From positions 63,736,001 through 63,800,000 of the forward strand of contig OZ076413.1 in NCBI GenBank assembly GCA_964187785.1: 64,000 bases of DNA. Direction: 5' to 3'. The notes under the pieces are model-generated. The model was not told the DNA's origin and did not search any database. It worked only from the letters and a program-made list of their open reading frames with translations. The position numbers and the translations under genes are program-made. This stretch comes from Amphiscolops sp. MND2022 (taxonomy: Eukaryota). This document shows, one piece after another, positions 25,730 to 39,857 of the stretch (positions are counted from its first letter, which is position 1; every line of letters starts with the position of its first letter).

Positions 25730-26375
25730 GAAATGACCCCATAATGAACCAAAAATGACCCCGAAAATGACAAAAATTCAAAACTTTCCCAATTTTCACC
25801 GTTTTCATGCATTTTCTGAAGATATAAATGCGGTTTTTTAAAAGAAAAATTACCAAAAAAATGACAAAAATTCCAAAATTTTTCGACTTTTAACGTTTTA
25901 ATGCAATTTTTGTCATTTTTTCGATGAATATCGTGAATTATAATGTTGAAAACGTTCAACAAGGCACGAATTCGTTGTCCAATAGTATTCTGAAGAGATA
26001 AATGCGGTTTTTTAAAAGAAAAATTACCAAAAAAATGATTAAGAAATTCCAAAATTTTTCGATTTTTAACGTTTTTATGCAATTTTTGTCAAATTTTCGA
26101 TAGTCTTCGTGGATTAGAATGTTGAAAACGCTTAACGTGACAGGAATGGCAGGAATTCGTTGTCCAGTATGCTTTTCCGAAGAGATAATGACTGTTTTCT
26201 AAATGAAAAATATATCAAATTGAAACCGAAAATGACAAAAAACCCAAAATTTTCCAATTTTCAAAGTTTTTTTATGCAATTTTTGTCAAATTTTCGACAG
26301 ACTTCGTAGATTGGAATGTTGAAAAGAGTCAACAAGGAACAAATTTGTTGTCCAGTAGTCTTTTTCGAAGAGATT
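25730..26375. repeat. Degenerate tandem repeat, ~175-187-bp unit, ~3.5 copies
   Basis: GAAGA(T/G)AT... anchor recurs at ~25819, 25993, 26179 and 26366, with shared CAAAATTTT.CGA.TTTTAACGTTT.TATGCAATTTTTGTCA blocks. Confidence 0.8.
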
Positions 26376-26756
26376 TGGGGCGGAAAATATCCCGCTGGTC
26401 CGCGGGCGTCTTGTTTGACAAAACAAACGGAAAAAGCTGCATCGGAAGTGGTTTCAGTTTTAAGCAGAACTTATCCTTTTGGCATATTTTGCAGCGTGTC
26501 AAAAATTTGCCTGATAAACTCTCACCAGTTCCACGTGATCAAAAAATAGCCAAAAGTGTCAGTCATCCTTACGATTTGGAAACATTTCAAGAAAAACATC
26601 TTGAAAAAACTCCATGGGGGCCCTTTAAGCTAGCTTCCGCTAAACATTGGAGATGAGCTTCGATAAAAAATAGACATGAAATAGCATAGTTCTGAAAAAA
26701 AACAAAATTGGGCCCTTTGGTGTTTCCTATATTTTGCAAAAGTAAAAAACTTGGTT

Positions 26757-26848
26757 CAATACTGGGTCTCGAACCCATGGAGTCCTGCTTCTCAGGCTCC
26801 TCCATCAGCCCTGAAAATACTCAATAACCACTTGGTCAAATAACCACC
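26757..26848 (-). mobile_element. tRNA-derived SINE-like head (Pol III A and B boxes)
   Basis: The minus strand reads TGACCAAGTGG (A box) ... GGTTCGAGACC (B box). The sequence between them does not fold as a canonical tRNA. Confidence 0.45.
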
Positions 26849-27874
26849 TTCTTTCCACTTATAATTTCCATTCAAAATTTACAAAAGTTCATTCAAATAT
26901 ATAAACGTGGACGCTTCCGGGTAAATGAAACGGAAGGAAAAACGTTCCACTGTAAAAAGCTAGAATTGTCAAATCTCAAGGATGCAAAATAACCTCTCTA
27001 AGAGTCCAATTGGTCAGTAGAGAACAAAAGGGGAACATATCAAACCGACAACCCGTTGAAGACTCAAAAACGCATAAACATGCAAAATGGATTTTTGCCA
27101 AAAAATTTCCGAAACGCTTAGAGTGCAGAACAAATTAAAAAGGAGGGAGCACGACCTTTTGGGCTCATAGAATACTTTTTTACTAACTGAAAATTTCCAA
27201 GAAAAACTGCATGGAGAACTTTTTCTGGAAGGAAAAGAAACTATGGTGGCAAAATGAGGGAATCCTTTGGTCTCATTCAGTATTTCAGTTTTCGGGAAAA
27301 CGTAAAAGAATCAAGGGGAGTATTTGGCTACCTGGATAAATTTCAGGTCTTAGGGGAAAACTCTGTTTAACAAGTGTCTGCTCGTTTCAGTTTGAGCTCT
27401 GTGATGAGACAAAAAAGAAAAAAAAACTTGCGACTATAACAGTCGGTGGTTTTTGTACAACAAAAGTCTTCCCGAATAAATTGCAACGGAAATAAAAATT
27501 CGCCAGTTACTAGCAACGAATGTTAAAATGAAGGCAAAAATACAATGCGAATTTACATTACCAATTTAAAGGGCATCTATTGAGAAAACTTCGGGCAATC
27601 ACTGAAGAATGCATAGTAATGACCCTTGAGACTTCTGAGACGTCTTGAGAACAAGTGACTGCAAAAAGGGGTCAATTGTTGACACACTGCGTTTGACTTA
27701 TGAACTGGTATCCAACTCTGTTTCTACCCCCAGACGAGATTTTCATTCATTAAAAAAAACACTGAATTTCCTCGCATTATGATAAAAAACAAAAGATTTC
27801 ACATATACGAGGGCAGTGTAAAATTCAAATTAATGATAATAATGATGATTATTGTAAATTACTTGTTCAAATTA

Positions 27875-30800
27875 TTATTGAAACCGATACTCACTCCAAC
27901 ATTTCCGGCTATATTGCGGTCTATCAACTTGACTTATGAATTTCTCAGTAAAATATTTCTTTAGTCTCTTCTTCAGTGTATCATACGTTTGATTTCCACT
28001 TTTCATTTTATCAGGTAAAACGTTCCACAGATCTACTACTCTCTTGAACAGTCTGAGACTGTTTCTCATTTGTTCACTTCTTGTATGAGCACGATAGTAC
28101 AATTTCTTAGTTCTATCGTGACTTGTTATACTGGCGGTTTCTAAATTAAGCTGGGAAAAAGCGGGAAGAAGACTATGCTTCCATTTCCAGAAAAATTTGA
28201 TAGCGTTCATTACGAACTGATATGATACCGTGTTTTATTCTCAAAGCCTGCGCTGAATCCATTTTATATCTATTGAAACACGCTTTTACACCCCAATTCA
28301 ATTGTTTTTCTAAAGTCGAAATTAGGCTCTGAGAGATACCATTCAATAATACCGATGAATACTGGAGATGGCTGATCACAAGGGCATTTAATAGAAATAA
28401 TCGAATTTTATCTGGAAGGAAGTCGCGGACATAATAGATGGTTTTGATACTACAAGCCATTTCTCGTAAGACATTCTTCACCTCTGCTTGAAAATTGAGA
28501 TTCCTATCCAAATATACTCCAAGATATTTTACAGATTCTTTTTGTTTAATCAAATAATCCCCAACTTTTAACATAGCATTTTTTATTGAACTGTTTTTGG
28601 ATGATTTACAGAAAACAATGAACTCTGTCTTGTCAGCATTTACATTGAGACGGTGGATTGCGAAAACATCAGGAGGTTCTTTTATGCCTTTCTGCAGATA
28701 ATCAACGCCAGTTGTAATGTCTTTAGCTGCTACAAAGAGAAAAGTATCATCCGCATACTGAACCAAGTACAAAGGAGATTGAATGGAATTCTTCATGTTG
28801 CTAAGATATATATTGAAAAGTAAAGGGCCGAGTACAGTACCTTGTGGAACTCCTTGATATAAATTAATCCAATCGGATGTCGATGTTGATAATACTACTC
28901 TTTGTGTCCGTCCAATCAGGAAACTTTCTATTAAAAACACTGCTTTTTCATCGAAATGAAGTTCCTTATGTTTTTCTAGTAGAATTTCATGTGAAATAGA
29001 GTCAAAAGCCTTCGATAAATCCAGGAAAGCAGCTGTACCAATTTGATTGCAATCGATTTCTTTCCTTATTTTTTCCGTAGCATATACTAGTGCGTCAATT
29101 GCAGAAAAGTTTTTTCGGAAGCCAAATTGTACTAGGCTAAGAAGTTTGTTCTTATTTAAATATTCCATTGTTTGTTCTCTAATGACTTTCTCGAAAATTT
29201 TCGATATTGCAGCCGTTATTGATATGGGTCTATAATTAGATGGATCTTCAGTATCACCTTTTTTGAAAACCGGGCACACATCAGCTCTTTTGCATTCACT
29301 AGGGAACCTACCTTCATCCAAGAAAGCATTTATCAGAAAGCACAGCGGTTCGGCAATCGTGCTGATAGAATCTTTAAGAGCCCAAGCTGGTATTCGGACG
29401 GCCCTAACGGTTTACAAGGGTCTAGTTCTTTTAGATATTTTTTTACAAGTGTAGATGCTGATGAGTTCAAATTCGAACATCAAACTCTTGCTCATGGCAA
29501 TTTCCTTGTTACTTCTATACGGAATTTGCTTTGAACCTAAGTAGTCACCAAGTTTTGAGAAACGTTAGTTAAGTAAATTCACTATCTTATTTTGGTCAGT
29601 ATAGATGTCGCCAAAAACGTTTTTGAGTGATGAGATTTCAGTTTTGCTTTTTTTTGAATTTCTCGTATCATTGATGAAGTTCCATTTTTCTCGCTCTGCT
29701 TTCAGATTCTTGAACGTGTTGAAGTTATGGACGGAACGATTTTCATTGATTTTTTCAACGAAATTCTGTTGAATTTTATTATACGAGATATCATCTGGAT
29801 GCATGAACTGTTTCATTTTATTGTATATTTCGATGGACTTTTTTTCAACCCATGATTTTTGTATCGTTAAGAGATTCTTATCATTACGAATGAAGATTTT
29901 TTTCTTAAAGACACAATTTCTCATCGCATTTTTCAAGATGTCATTAAAAACGTAGAACATTTCTTCAGCACTCTTCTGGCGGTAGAACCTACACCAGTCA
30001 CTTTTTTGAGTCTCTTGACAAAATTCATCTCTCTTATAATTACTTTTGTCAAAAACCTCTTTGATTGTAACATTACAACGTTTTTCGATATGTAGGTTAC
30101 TTACGACGGACGTTGTGCGATGATCTATTGATTTATTTTTGGAAGAACGAAAGACACTATCTGATACGAAGGTCTCAAAATTTTCAGATTTCAAATGATC
30201 CGTAATAATGTAGTCAAGGAGTGTTCTTGATTGATTTTGTACTCTGGTAGCGTGATCTTTATTCATGACATTGAGGCCGTATGGTGTCAGAATGGTTTCC
30301 AAACATTCTCTTTCTCTTTTGTCGAAGTAATTTATATTATAGTCGCCCATGAGCACTATTGGTTTTTTCTCAGTAAAGGCATAATCGATGCTGGTTGACA
30401 GTTCCTCGAGGAAACTATTGTAATGCTTTTTTTGCGGATTATAACTAATGTTATTTAATTGCCTTGACTTCTCCGAAAGCGAGTTAGTCAATTTGCATTC
30501 TATCCATAAACTTTCAAAAATGTTTTTGCTCATTTGATTCAAATCCAGACGCTTTTTCGGCTTCAGTGACTTTGGAACTGCTAAGATCACTCCACCACCT
30601 TTCTTCTTTTCGTTTGACTTTCGGTCATATCTAAAAAACCTAAATCTATGGTTTATTTCCCAGAGTTTCTCATCATCTTCTTCAGAAAGCCATGTTTCGG
30701 TGATTCCATAGATAGTATTTTCTCCAAGGTCTTGGATTATGTCTTTGAAAGACTCCTTTTTTTTGAGGCTCTGACAGTTTATATTGCTTCTATTTTGCTT

Positions 30801-30875
30801 CGTGAAAATTTGGGTGAGTAACTCATAGATAACTTCTGGTCCTGGGTTCAGCTCAATGTCTCCAGACCTTAACAA
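27875..30875 (-). pseudogene. LINE ORF2: apurinic endonuclease + reverse transcriptase (fragmented)
   Basis: SGDIELNPGP start motif; APE motifs GITETWL, LMGDYNIN, LLDYII, SIDH; RT motifs NYRPISIT, FLDLSKAFDSI, GVPQGTVLGPLLFNIY, YADDT, YLGVYLDRNLNF. Confidence 0.92.
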
Positions 30876-31085
30876 CTTGATTTTGTTATAAGATTTTCAA
30901 CAAGTATATCGCAAGAGTCTGATAATCGTGTTCTTCTGGCGATACATGTTCTGATACTTTAACCTATTTGTTTCACGTTTCATTAAGCCATATGTTGGAG
31001 TCCCAAGAAAGATTAATAATACAAAGAACACTAAAAGCTGACGAATCATTTGTTAGAACTAGAAGCCATTTCGGATTGAACACAT

Positions 31086-32017
31086 TTAGCGGTTTAACAG
31101 TTTGCTCAGCTCATTCCATTTTAATTGTAATTCGTGATATTTGTTATTATGGGCATCGGGTTTTAGTCGTTCTCGCATGGTTATAGGTCCAGAAGAACAC
31201 GGGATTTCATTATCAGAGAGACATGACCGATAACTTTTCACGATAGTTTCCACTCCAGAGATGTTTGGGTGAACACCATCAGTATTGAGGTAATCCTTGT
31301 CTTTGAATAAAGTATTGAGGTCCAGGAAATGTAATGCTAAGTCGTCAGGAATGTCACTCAACTGATGATGGATCTTTTGCAGCTCCTTGTTAAACTTGTC
31401 CACTGAAACATTTTTATCTTTATTATAACTTGCAAGGGGGGTCAAGTTGACTACGTTGATGAAACCTGGGTTGAACTTATCGTTGACCAGGTAGATTAGT
31501 TTTTCCATATTGTTAATCATCATCTTAATGTCGGGCTTCTGTTCCTTCAGAATATCTTTGATTCCAATTGCTAAAAAGATGGAGTTGACCTTCTTTTTTC
31601 TTGTGTGAGAAACTTTTCATACAAATCAGAGATGCGAGCACCACCGTAGCCTCGAACAATAGCATCTGGTCCAATTTCTGGCTGATTCAATCTGTTTGTA
31701 ATTGAGTCACCCAAAACTAAAACGTCAATGTCTTTGTTAGGCAGTGAGAGATGGGGCTTCATTACTTTGTCTATTGTTACATTTTCTTTTGTGGGCAGAC
31801 CATTACTTATTCCAACAACGTATTCATTGCGTTTGGTAACAGCAGCATAATAATTTATCTCCGTCGGAGGAGGTTCTGTTGGATCAGTTGATTGCACTTT
31901 TGATACTAGACCAGAAACAAGGCCTTTTAAATATTCAATTCGATTGGAGAAATCTTGATACAATTTATACTTAACTTGGTCCGGTAACGACAAAAACTCT
32001 TCTCTATTCAACGTCAT
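31086..32017 (-). pseudogene. LINE ORF1 with SGNH/GDSL esterase domain (frameshifted)
   Basis: Block I VLVLGDSIT, block II RGYGGARI, block V DGVHPN. Split over ORFs 31571-32017 and 31086-31523. Confidence 0.8.
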
Positions 32018-33892
32018 GGCTTCATTAGTTCAATGTCTATTTTGTAATTCCCATACTTATTGATAAGAATAATAAATAGGAACGGTATCACCGGGATTTT
32101 TCAGTCGTGAAGAGAGATGAGAAGAGAGTTGAGCACGCCCAGAGCCAGAAACTTCCACTCCGATGGTGAAACCAGAGCAAACACAATAACTTTCACTCGG
32201 ATGGGAAGACTTCACAACCTTCAATGCCGGCCACTAAAACCCTCCATGGAGGTTGCCCAAATCGATGCTTGCCGGACTTTCAGAAATTAGCTGAAAGAGA
32301 TATGCCTCCCGGTGTGGAATGGACGACCTATTTAATAAGTTTGATTACGTAATAACTGATCGTAATATTACGTAATATTACGTTATAACTGATCATTAAA
32401 CTGATTGATTGACAAAAGCACGAGACGAGGGGAGTTTTCAGTTGCTAACCTCCTGTTGAATTTTCAGAATGTTTCAAGAAGAAGTTCTCGTCAACAAGTG
32501 GAAAGAGATGTGTTTATGTTTGATTCCCTGGCTTGTACAACATCGAAAGTAAGGAAATGTAGTTTGGGTTATACTCGAAACATGATCGATCGGTTTTTAT
32601 GGATGATTGACAAGAGACTTCAGGAAGGAATGTCGAAGGAATACCTGAAGGGATACCGATGAGACTTGAAAACCACCTTTTCACTTTTTGTAATCAAAAA
32701 ACGCAGAATTTAAAGTCAATATTTCAGTTCAAAAAATAGTCAAAGATGTGCACCTGAGACTCGCAAACCATCTTTTCCCTAACTGGATACATCATATACC
32801 CCAAATTCTTGGAATTATTTTCTCGAAACACTTTCTGGGGGAAAAGTCGCATTATGCCGAAAAACCAGAACCTTTGGGCTCGCAACGAAATCTTTCAAAA
32901 TCGAAAAAACTTTCATAATCAAAACTACGGAAGCGCCGACTAAAAGAATCAGCTTTCACATGTAAAAATTAAAGCTGGTCAAAAGAAAATCTTTCGTTCA
33001 ATCTGTTGCGTAGTTAATCTACGTGGATGATCATATTTCGGGACCTATATGGCACCAATAAAACCCACTTAGTCAATTCATAAAACTCATGCAATTATCA
33101 CTCGGAATAACAGACGACAACAAGCCCAATTGACATACAGTTTATTCCATGTTTTTGAAAAAACCTTCAGTTTCAGAAGCAAAAAGTGAATAGGAAACTA
33201 AGCCAGTCAAGCACACACTGTGCCCTGTTCACGCCGCTTGCTTGGCCCCGCCACTTGGCCTGATGGCTAGCGAGCGTTGCGGGTGAGCAGGAGTATGTTT
33301 GCGGGTGTGAATACCTTGCGAAGCCAGAGCGTCCCCATTGTGTTTTTCGGGGCACAATTTCTCACTGTTTGACTTTTTAGCGATTTCATAATTTCAGCGA
33401 AGGATCCACTCTTCGGTTTATTTGGTCTTTTCACTTAGAAGAAACTTGTTTTTGTTGCTAAGAACGTCTCCAATTTTGAGCTTTCTGGCTTTGTGCGACG
33501 TTTTTGTGTTTTTTTGGGGCACAGTGGGACTTTTTCTTGATTTAATTTCAAGTCTCCTTTTGGGTTCTTTTGGTTCTCTTCAATTAAAAAAACATGTTGT
33601 TGTAGCCAAAAACGCTTGAGTTTTTTGGGTACTGTGCGACTTTTTTTGGAACAAAGAAGACTTTTTGTACTTGAAGAACTCTCTTCTCATAATTTCCTCA
33701 CTGTGTGAGATTCTACAAGTTTTCTGAAATCCACCAGTGACCGGATGGCATGAGAGAAAGTGCTTTTCCAGCTTTAGGCGGAGCGCCATTTTTAGACGGT
33801 TACGTCTTTCTCCGAATAAGTCCTAAATTCTGCCAGTTAAATCCAGCCGATGTCATGGCCCGCTGAAGGCTCAAAAAGCGCTGAGTCTCTGA

Positions 33893-34383
33893 AACAATCC
33901 GGGACCGGCCCAAGTCGGCGCCATATCTAAGGCTCAAAGATAGCGAGAGGACGAGAAGTATTCTCTTCTACAGCGCCCAAAAAAATTTGGTGAAAAAAAT
34001 TTCTGAAAGGAAAGTCTCACAATGCCGAAAACCTGAAATTAAGACACTCTGGGATTTTTCAACATCCATTCTGTCGCAAAAGTCAAAAAACCTGAAGTGG
34101 CACCCTTCGGTGGAAAAAAAATTCGAAAAAAGTCGCACAATGCCCAAAAAATTGAAAGGGGGAACTCTCTATTCCGGATCGGTAATGTATGTTTCGCGGA
34201 AAAAAAGAAAATTTTTTTGGTACAATTCGCTAGGCCAAATGGTTCAATTTGACATCATAAAATCGTGTAGAACTTGTAGAACTATTTTGGTCACCTCAAG
34301 CGTATGGAATCAAATTTTAAAAAAACACTGATCAAAAGCCATGACTATAGTCCACTCTTTTCTCTAGAAAAGCGCCGACTAAA
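33893..34383 (-). mobile_element. Family-A Helentron/DINE-like copy
   Basis: AACAATCCGGGACCGGCCCAAGTCGGCGCCATATCTAAGGCTC ... GACTATAGTC ... AAAAGCGCCGACTAAA. Confidence 0.6.
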
Positions 34384-34539
34384 TAGTGATCATGGGTGGT
34401 TTTTACTAAAGATTCGTAATTAACGTGTCAGAAAATAGCCAGAGAATGCCTTTTAGGCTCGATTTTTCCGAACTAAAAACATCTTAAAGCCTCTTTTTTG
34501 GTCTTTGTGAACGGTTTTTCCAAACTGAAAGCGTTACCT

Positions 34540-34950
34540 GTGTCACCGCTGCTCAAATACGACGCTGAATATGACGCTCATTTGCAATTTACTACTCGAC
34601 AGTAGTTATTTTACATGAAAAATTTGGGAGCAAGTAAAATTTAATCCGTTTTGCATGCAAAATATCTACTGTCGCGTACTAAATTGCAAAAAAGCGTCGT
34701 ATTCAGCGTCGTATTTGAGAAAAGTTGATCACATCAGATGAGTAGTTGAGGAAAAAAAGTGTGAATACAGTGATCGTGTCGATAATGAAGTTGAATTTAT
34801 TTTCAAAATTAATTGCAGTAGTGGAACATACAGTATAATTGTACATGATTTACCACCCGAAGTTCACTGAATTTCCTAGGTTTTTGTAAAAATCACCGTG
34901 CAGGCAGGCCTGCAGCATGGTGTAAGTTCCTGCTGCTTCATATAGGGTAA
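34540..34950 (-). repeat. Family B copy (inverted)
   Basis: Reverse complement matches 39300-39560 (GATCACATC.GATGAGTAGT.GAG...GTGTGAATAC.GTGATCGTGTCG). Confidence 0.65.
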
Positions 34951-35839
34951 CAAACGTAGAACGAAGGCTTTCTGGTAAAACCATTTTTGTTCAAAAATTC
35001 ACTCAGTGATCAAAAAACTGCAGAGACCTTTGTCTTGTTTCGCAACGAAGGAACTGCGCGAGGTCCGAACCCACATCCTCATGTATTCAAGTCAAGCATC
35101 AAAATTTTTCTTTGTTTTTACCAAATAAAGGCGTGTTTCAAGAGAAAACTAATGAATAACAATTTCTCTAACTAATACCTACCTATGCTAAACACATTGC
35201 ACAACCAACACATTGGAACGACGACCATGGGTACATCCAAATTTTACAGAAAATCGTTCAAAAAGACGTCGCCAGATCGAGCGTATTTTGCTGAAGTACA
35301 TGCCAGTCCACAAAGAACAAAAGGGGGAGAAACCGCCGCGTTAGAGCACGAGAAGAAGAACACGAAAAAAGCAAAAAACGTATGTAGTGCCACGGTGGGT
35401 CATCGGAACATGTGTGCGTTTCGCTACGTGATGTAATAAAACCCAGAGGTATTGTAACGTCAAGCAGCCTCCCAGAAATATACCAAACTTTTGAAAAATC
35501 GCCTAAAAGAAAATGGTTCCACTTCGAATCTCGAATCAGTCTGGAAGACAAAAAAAATCAACACAGCACACCACCCCCAGCCCCCCACACATCCTGAGAG
35601 AGAACACCCTAAAGGCGTAAAGAGACATAGAGATATCCCCGAAATCGCCGGGTAGCGCAATCTCCCTTGGAAAACGTCCCAGCTAACAGCAGAACCCGAA
35701 GAATGACCCCAGATATGAGGAAACTCGGAAGCTTGCAAATTTTGCATGTGCCACTTCGCAAGTCCAACACACGCTGACAATGAACAATGATGTTTCCTCA
35801 GGATGCATCACCGTATTTGTGCCTTTTGCAGGTATTTGG

Positions 35840-37620
35840 TGATGTTCACCTAGTAGGTCTCTATTCTAGATCTTATTCGGCAAATTCAATGGGTTTTAGC
35901 TAACGGGCGTCTTTAGACCTCGTAAGTATTTAGGAGCCGCAGGAACACGTTAGGAACCTGAAGAGTCGTGTTTACAGGCTTGTGGGGTGTATCCGAACTT
36001 TGAGAGTACCGGCGCGTCACCTCGGAGCTCTAACATGAGCCCCCTCGACACTAGAACTGTCCCCATAGGAGACCTTTTTGGGATCGAAAACTAGTGTTCA
36101 ATGTTGTAGTAAGACAACGGTCTCTTGTTTAAGCAACCTAGGCACTGTCCCAGTTCTGGGATGTATGCTGCTAGCTTGCCGTTACATATGTCGTCAGCTT
36201 ACACCCAACAAACAGTGTCCTTTGGTATTTCCAGCTCGACGACGACAACCTACAGAACCCGCTGTCATGGACTACGTTATGATAATTGTGTTGTACTGGT
36301 TATAGTATATTCAGATCTCACGCTCGAGAGCTGCTGCACTGTTATTTGAGTGCTTCTTGATAGATGGAGCTTGATTGATAGTGCTTCTTTCCTATGGAAT
36401 TCCCTTCTTTGGCGTCAATTCATGCTTTGGCAGTCATATTTCTGTTTTTAAAGGCTATTCCCACAGTGGTGCTTAGAAAAATCAAGATGCTCGTAATTAA
36501 TATCAATAACAGACTGGACTTAGACTAGAGAGCGTCCTGGAAAGACAGTTCACCCTTCTCGGGACAAGAGGTCTTAGGAGGAAGATAAATAAGTATGTAG
36601 AACCTGTGAGTCCCGAACTTTTTATGTTCGGTACTTATCTCTCGACCTCTGTTTTGTGTTAAGCGACCTATCACTGTTTGACGTTACACATCAAATCATC
36701 TTTCTTCTTTTAGAGCGATTTGGGTCATATTCAAATCCGTGTAATTGCAAAAACGTTTTTGTTGAAACTACAATGTTGCAGGTGACAAAATAGCATCAAA
36801 AGAGCAAGAAATAAATGAAACGGTCACCTATGATGACAGATGATGACAAACAATTCTGAAAATTTTGTTCAAAATTGGGAGCTACCAAATTTTGGTCATA
36901 TTCCGCATGTCACGATCGTGTCATTATAAGACTAGACCGAAGAAATCTAAAAAGCGTCCAAGCACAAAAGCTCTCCTGTGAGAACCGGCGAACTGAAAGA
37001 AGAAAAACGCAATTGACGATGGTCAATCTTTGCTAGACGAACTCTTGGCAGATTTGTGTCTAGTGCGTAATGCTTCTAATTGTTGTGATTGTTCCTTAGA
37101 ATGATTTCTTTCGCTTGAATAAACATACGGTGCTTTACGTGTCCTCATTCTAATATGTTGCTGTGTATTATTGTCTTTTGTTTATGAAGCATTGAATTAT
37201 CTTTTCTCGATTGCCGTAGCTCACGAGCTACATGCTTTCACCCCCTGTCAATGTTAACCGGAGAAATTCACCGTTGATACCACATCTCCAGTTTTCATTG
37301 GCCTGCTAAACGGTGTTTCCGAAAAGAGAAAGCGAAATGCCCGTTACTGTTGGCAATTACATACTAGAACAGGCCAGCGAGCACTCTTTCGAGACTGAAT
37401 CCCTCTCCTGACGGGACGATTCTTACCCCAGGAGGAAAAGGACGATTCTTACCCCTTGGGTGCCTGTCCCGAGCGCTTACCCATGTCATGAGTTCCTTCT
37501 ACTACATGATGAAAGGATATAGCTTGTCGTTACAAAACGAACACAATTAATGAAAAAGAACATTTAGTCGCGAGGACGTAAATATGACCTGAGTTGTAAC
37601 TTCATGAACTCTTTTATGAC
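35840..37620 (+). repeat. Family C copy 2
   Basis: Collinear similarity with 16330-17760. Confidence 0.6.
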
Positions 37621-39615
37621 TTCATCTTGAGTAATTCAAGTCTGTTTATTCTAAAACAACGACATTTGGTGTCGCAATGTTGCCCAATTGTGACCAAAGA
37701 CAAACGATTGGATCCCAGTTCAATAAAAGAACTAATCGAAGATTGGTGTATCATATTTACCTCAACCAAAGAATGCTTTTTAATGACCGTCACATTCGTG
37801 ATTTCACGTCTCTGTTATAATTCGAGTTTCCGAATATGTTGTATCTCAGTTTTCCAAAAAGAAATTCTAGAAAACTCGTAAATTCACTCATTAATGAGTT
37901 TTCTATAAAAACTTTTTCCAATGCTTTAATTACAGTTTTTCTAGTGCTTGAACCAACTTTCCAATATTTTTTTGCAAACTCAGCCCTACACTTTTCAAAC
38001 ACAGTCAAAACGAACCGAACAAGTTATTTTTTTGTTTTTTGAAAATTAAAACTCGTTTTAAAAATTTTTGAAACCTTCTTGAACATTGTTTGTAACGATG
38101 AAACATGAAAAAATCAACCGGTCTTTTTTTCTGACAATTTTTGTATACTATTCTTTTAATTCTAGGAATTCTTGATAAAAATCTTACATTTTCGTGAACA
38201 CCTTGGAAAGAATCTTGACAAGATTCTTATCAAGAACGCCAAGAATATGAACGATCTGGACAAGAGCTTTAAGATATTTTGAACTGGGTAACGTCGAACG
38301 AAATTGATCAATACTTACTTGCCTATAGTTTCAAGACAGGTGCATCGAACTACTGAAGATGAGAAATTAGAACTAGAGAGTGTATTGTTCAGTCTATTGT
38401 CGTCATGGGCCGGGTCTCAAACGAACTTTGATTGTTTGCTAGTTGAGTCAATTGTGAATGATTCTGTGTGGTTGCTCAAATTTACACGATTATTTATAGT
38501 ATTAATAGCAAAAGCAACTTCTTAAACTCTTGAATTGAACCATAGCTAAGTTACAGAGATCATTTAAAACTTCTTCAGTCATTTAGCAACGTTAGCAAGT
38601 TTCAAGAGTTCGAAACTTCCAAAAGTTCCAATGTTCATCTTTTACAATATTTTATTATTACAATAGATTTTAAAATTTAACATTATTTTCTGTAAGTTGA
38701 TTCGTGGCTGATAAGTACCGCCCTAGAAAAGTCTTCAAGACAACAACTCACAAGTTAGAAACAACAAAAATCGGGAAAAGTGAATTTTTAAGTTCAAACT
38801 GTAGATGCAGCAATCATTTTCGGATGATTTTTTCTGATCCCCAATAATCTTCAACAGGACTATAACCTTCTAGTAGTTTCTTCGAAGTTTTATCCTCTCA
38901 GAAAAAGTTTGCGAACGTTTTAGAACAACATTTAATATTCAGAAAACAGACGTTGACCCACTACAATTCGATTCCGAATTAAGTCAGATTTGATGTGACC
39001 ATATGATGCATTGGAACTTTTGAGCATTCAATTCAACTTTTTTATATACAAAATTGTTTTACCATATATTTGAACAAAACCATTAGCGATGGGCAGACTT
39101 CCGTCAATTCTGTGAGTATTTATTTTATTTTCACTTTTTCAATTGACTGACCGAAAAATCTATATATTTCCGAAAGAATCTTTACCAAGGGAAAGTTTTC
39201 AGGGCCTGAAGCATTCATTTGTGCTGTGAGTTTCTACATTACAAGCAAGAGGCATTTGCACGTCATGCCTTTTATTTATCCTCTTAGAAACTAATTTCTG
39301 GTCTCTACCCTAGTTGAGCCTGCTGGAACTTTTTACATGGTGCAGGAATTTCTTTTATGAAATCTAGAAAATTCAGTTAGGTTCTGGTGGTAAATCTTGT
39401 AAATTACACTGAATTTTCCACTTCTGCAAATAAATTTGAAAATAAATCCCACTGCATTACCGACACGATCACTTTGTATTCACACATTGTAATCTCCACT
39501 ACTCATCCGATGTGATCACCGCTTCTTAAATAGGACGATAAACATGACGATAAATGAAATTCATTACGCGACTGGAGTTATTTTGCAATAAATTGAGGGT
39601 AAAGCTGATAGCAAC

Positions 39616-39825
39616 TGTAGAATGGCATAGAAAGAACGACTTCAAGGTCAAAACTAAAAGAGAACAACTCAGTACCTGCCAATTTCATGAAGTCATGTAG
39701 CTCACATATATAGATACATTAACATGTGAAAAGCGTTGAAGATACACTTAGCTGTATGAATAGTCATTGATACTTACGCTGTTTTGATTCATTGTATTAA
39801 CCTCCTGTTTCTTTAACTTACTTCA
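39616..39825 (+). repeat. 5' LTR
   Basis: TGTAGAATGG...TTACTTCA; 8 substitutions versus the 3' LTR by manual count (~96% identity). Confidence 0.97.
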
Positions 39826-39857
39826 TGGCACAGTCTGCAATTTGAACAGAAGAAATT

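Larger units (their letters stand above)
27850..32300 (-). mobile_element. Decayed CR1/L2-group non-LTR retrotransposon (LINE), near full length
   Basis: ORF1 (esterase) - APE endonuclease - RT order. ATT/ATC-rich tail near 27830-27880. Multiple frameshifts and stops. Confidence 0.9.

Noticed and set aside
25730-26375. CRISPR-like array
   Set aside because: Units are long, degenerate and lack unique spacers; the context is eukaryotic.
39826-39843. Assignment of the primer tRNA for the PBS TGGCACAG...
   Set aside because: I could not match it confidently to a specific tRNA 3' end without the host tRNA set.
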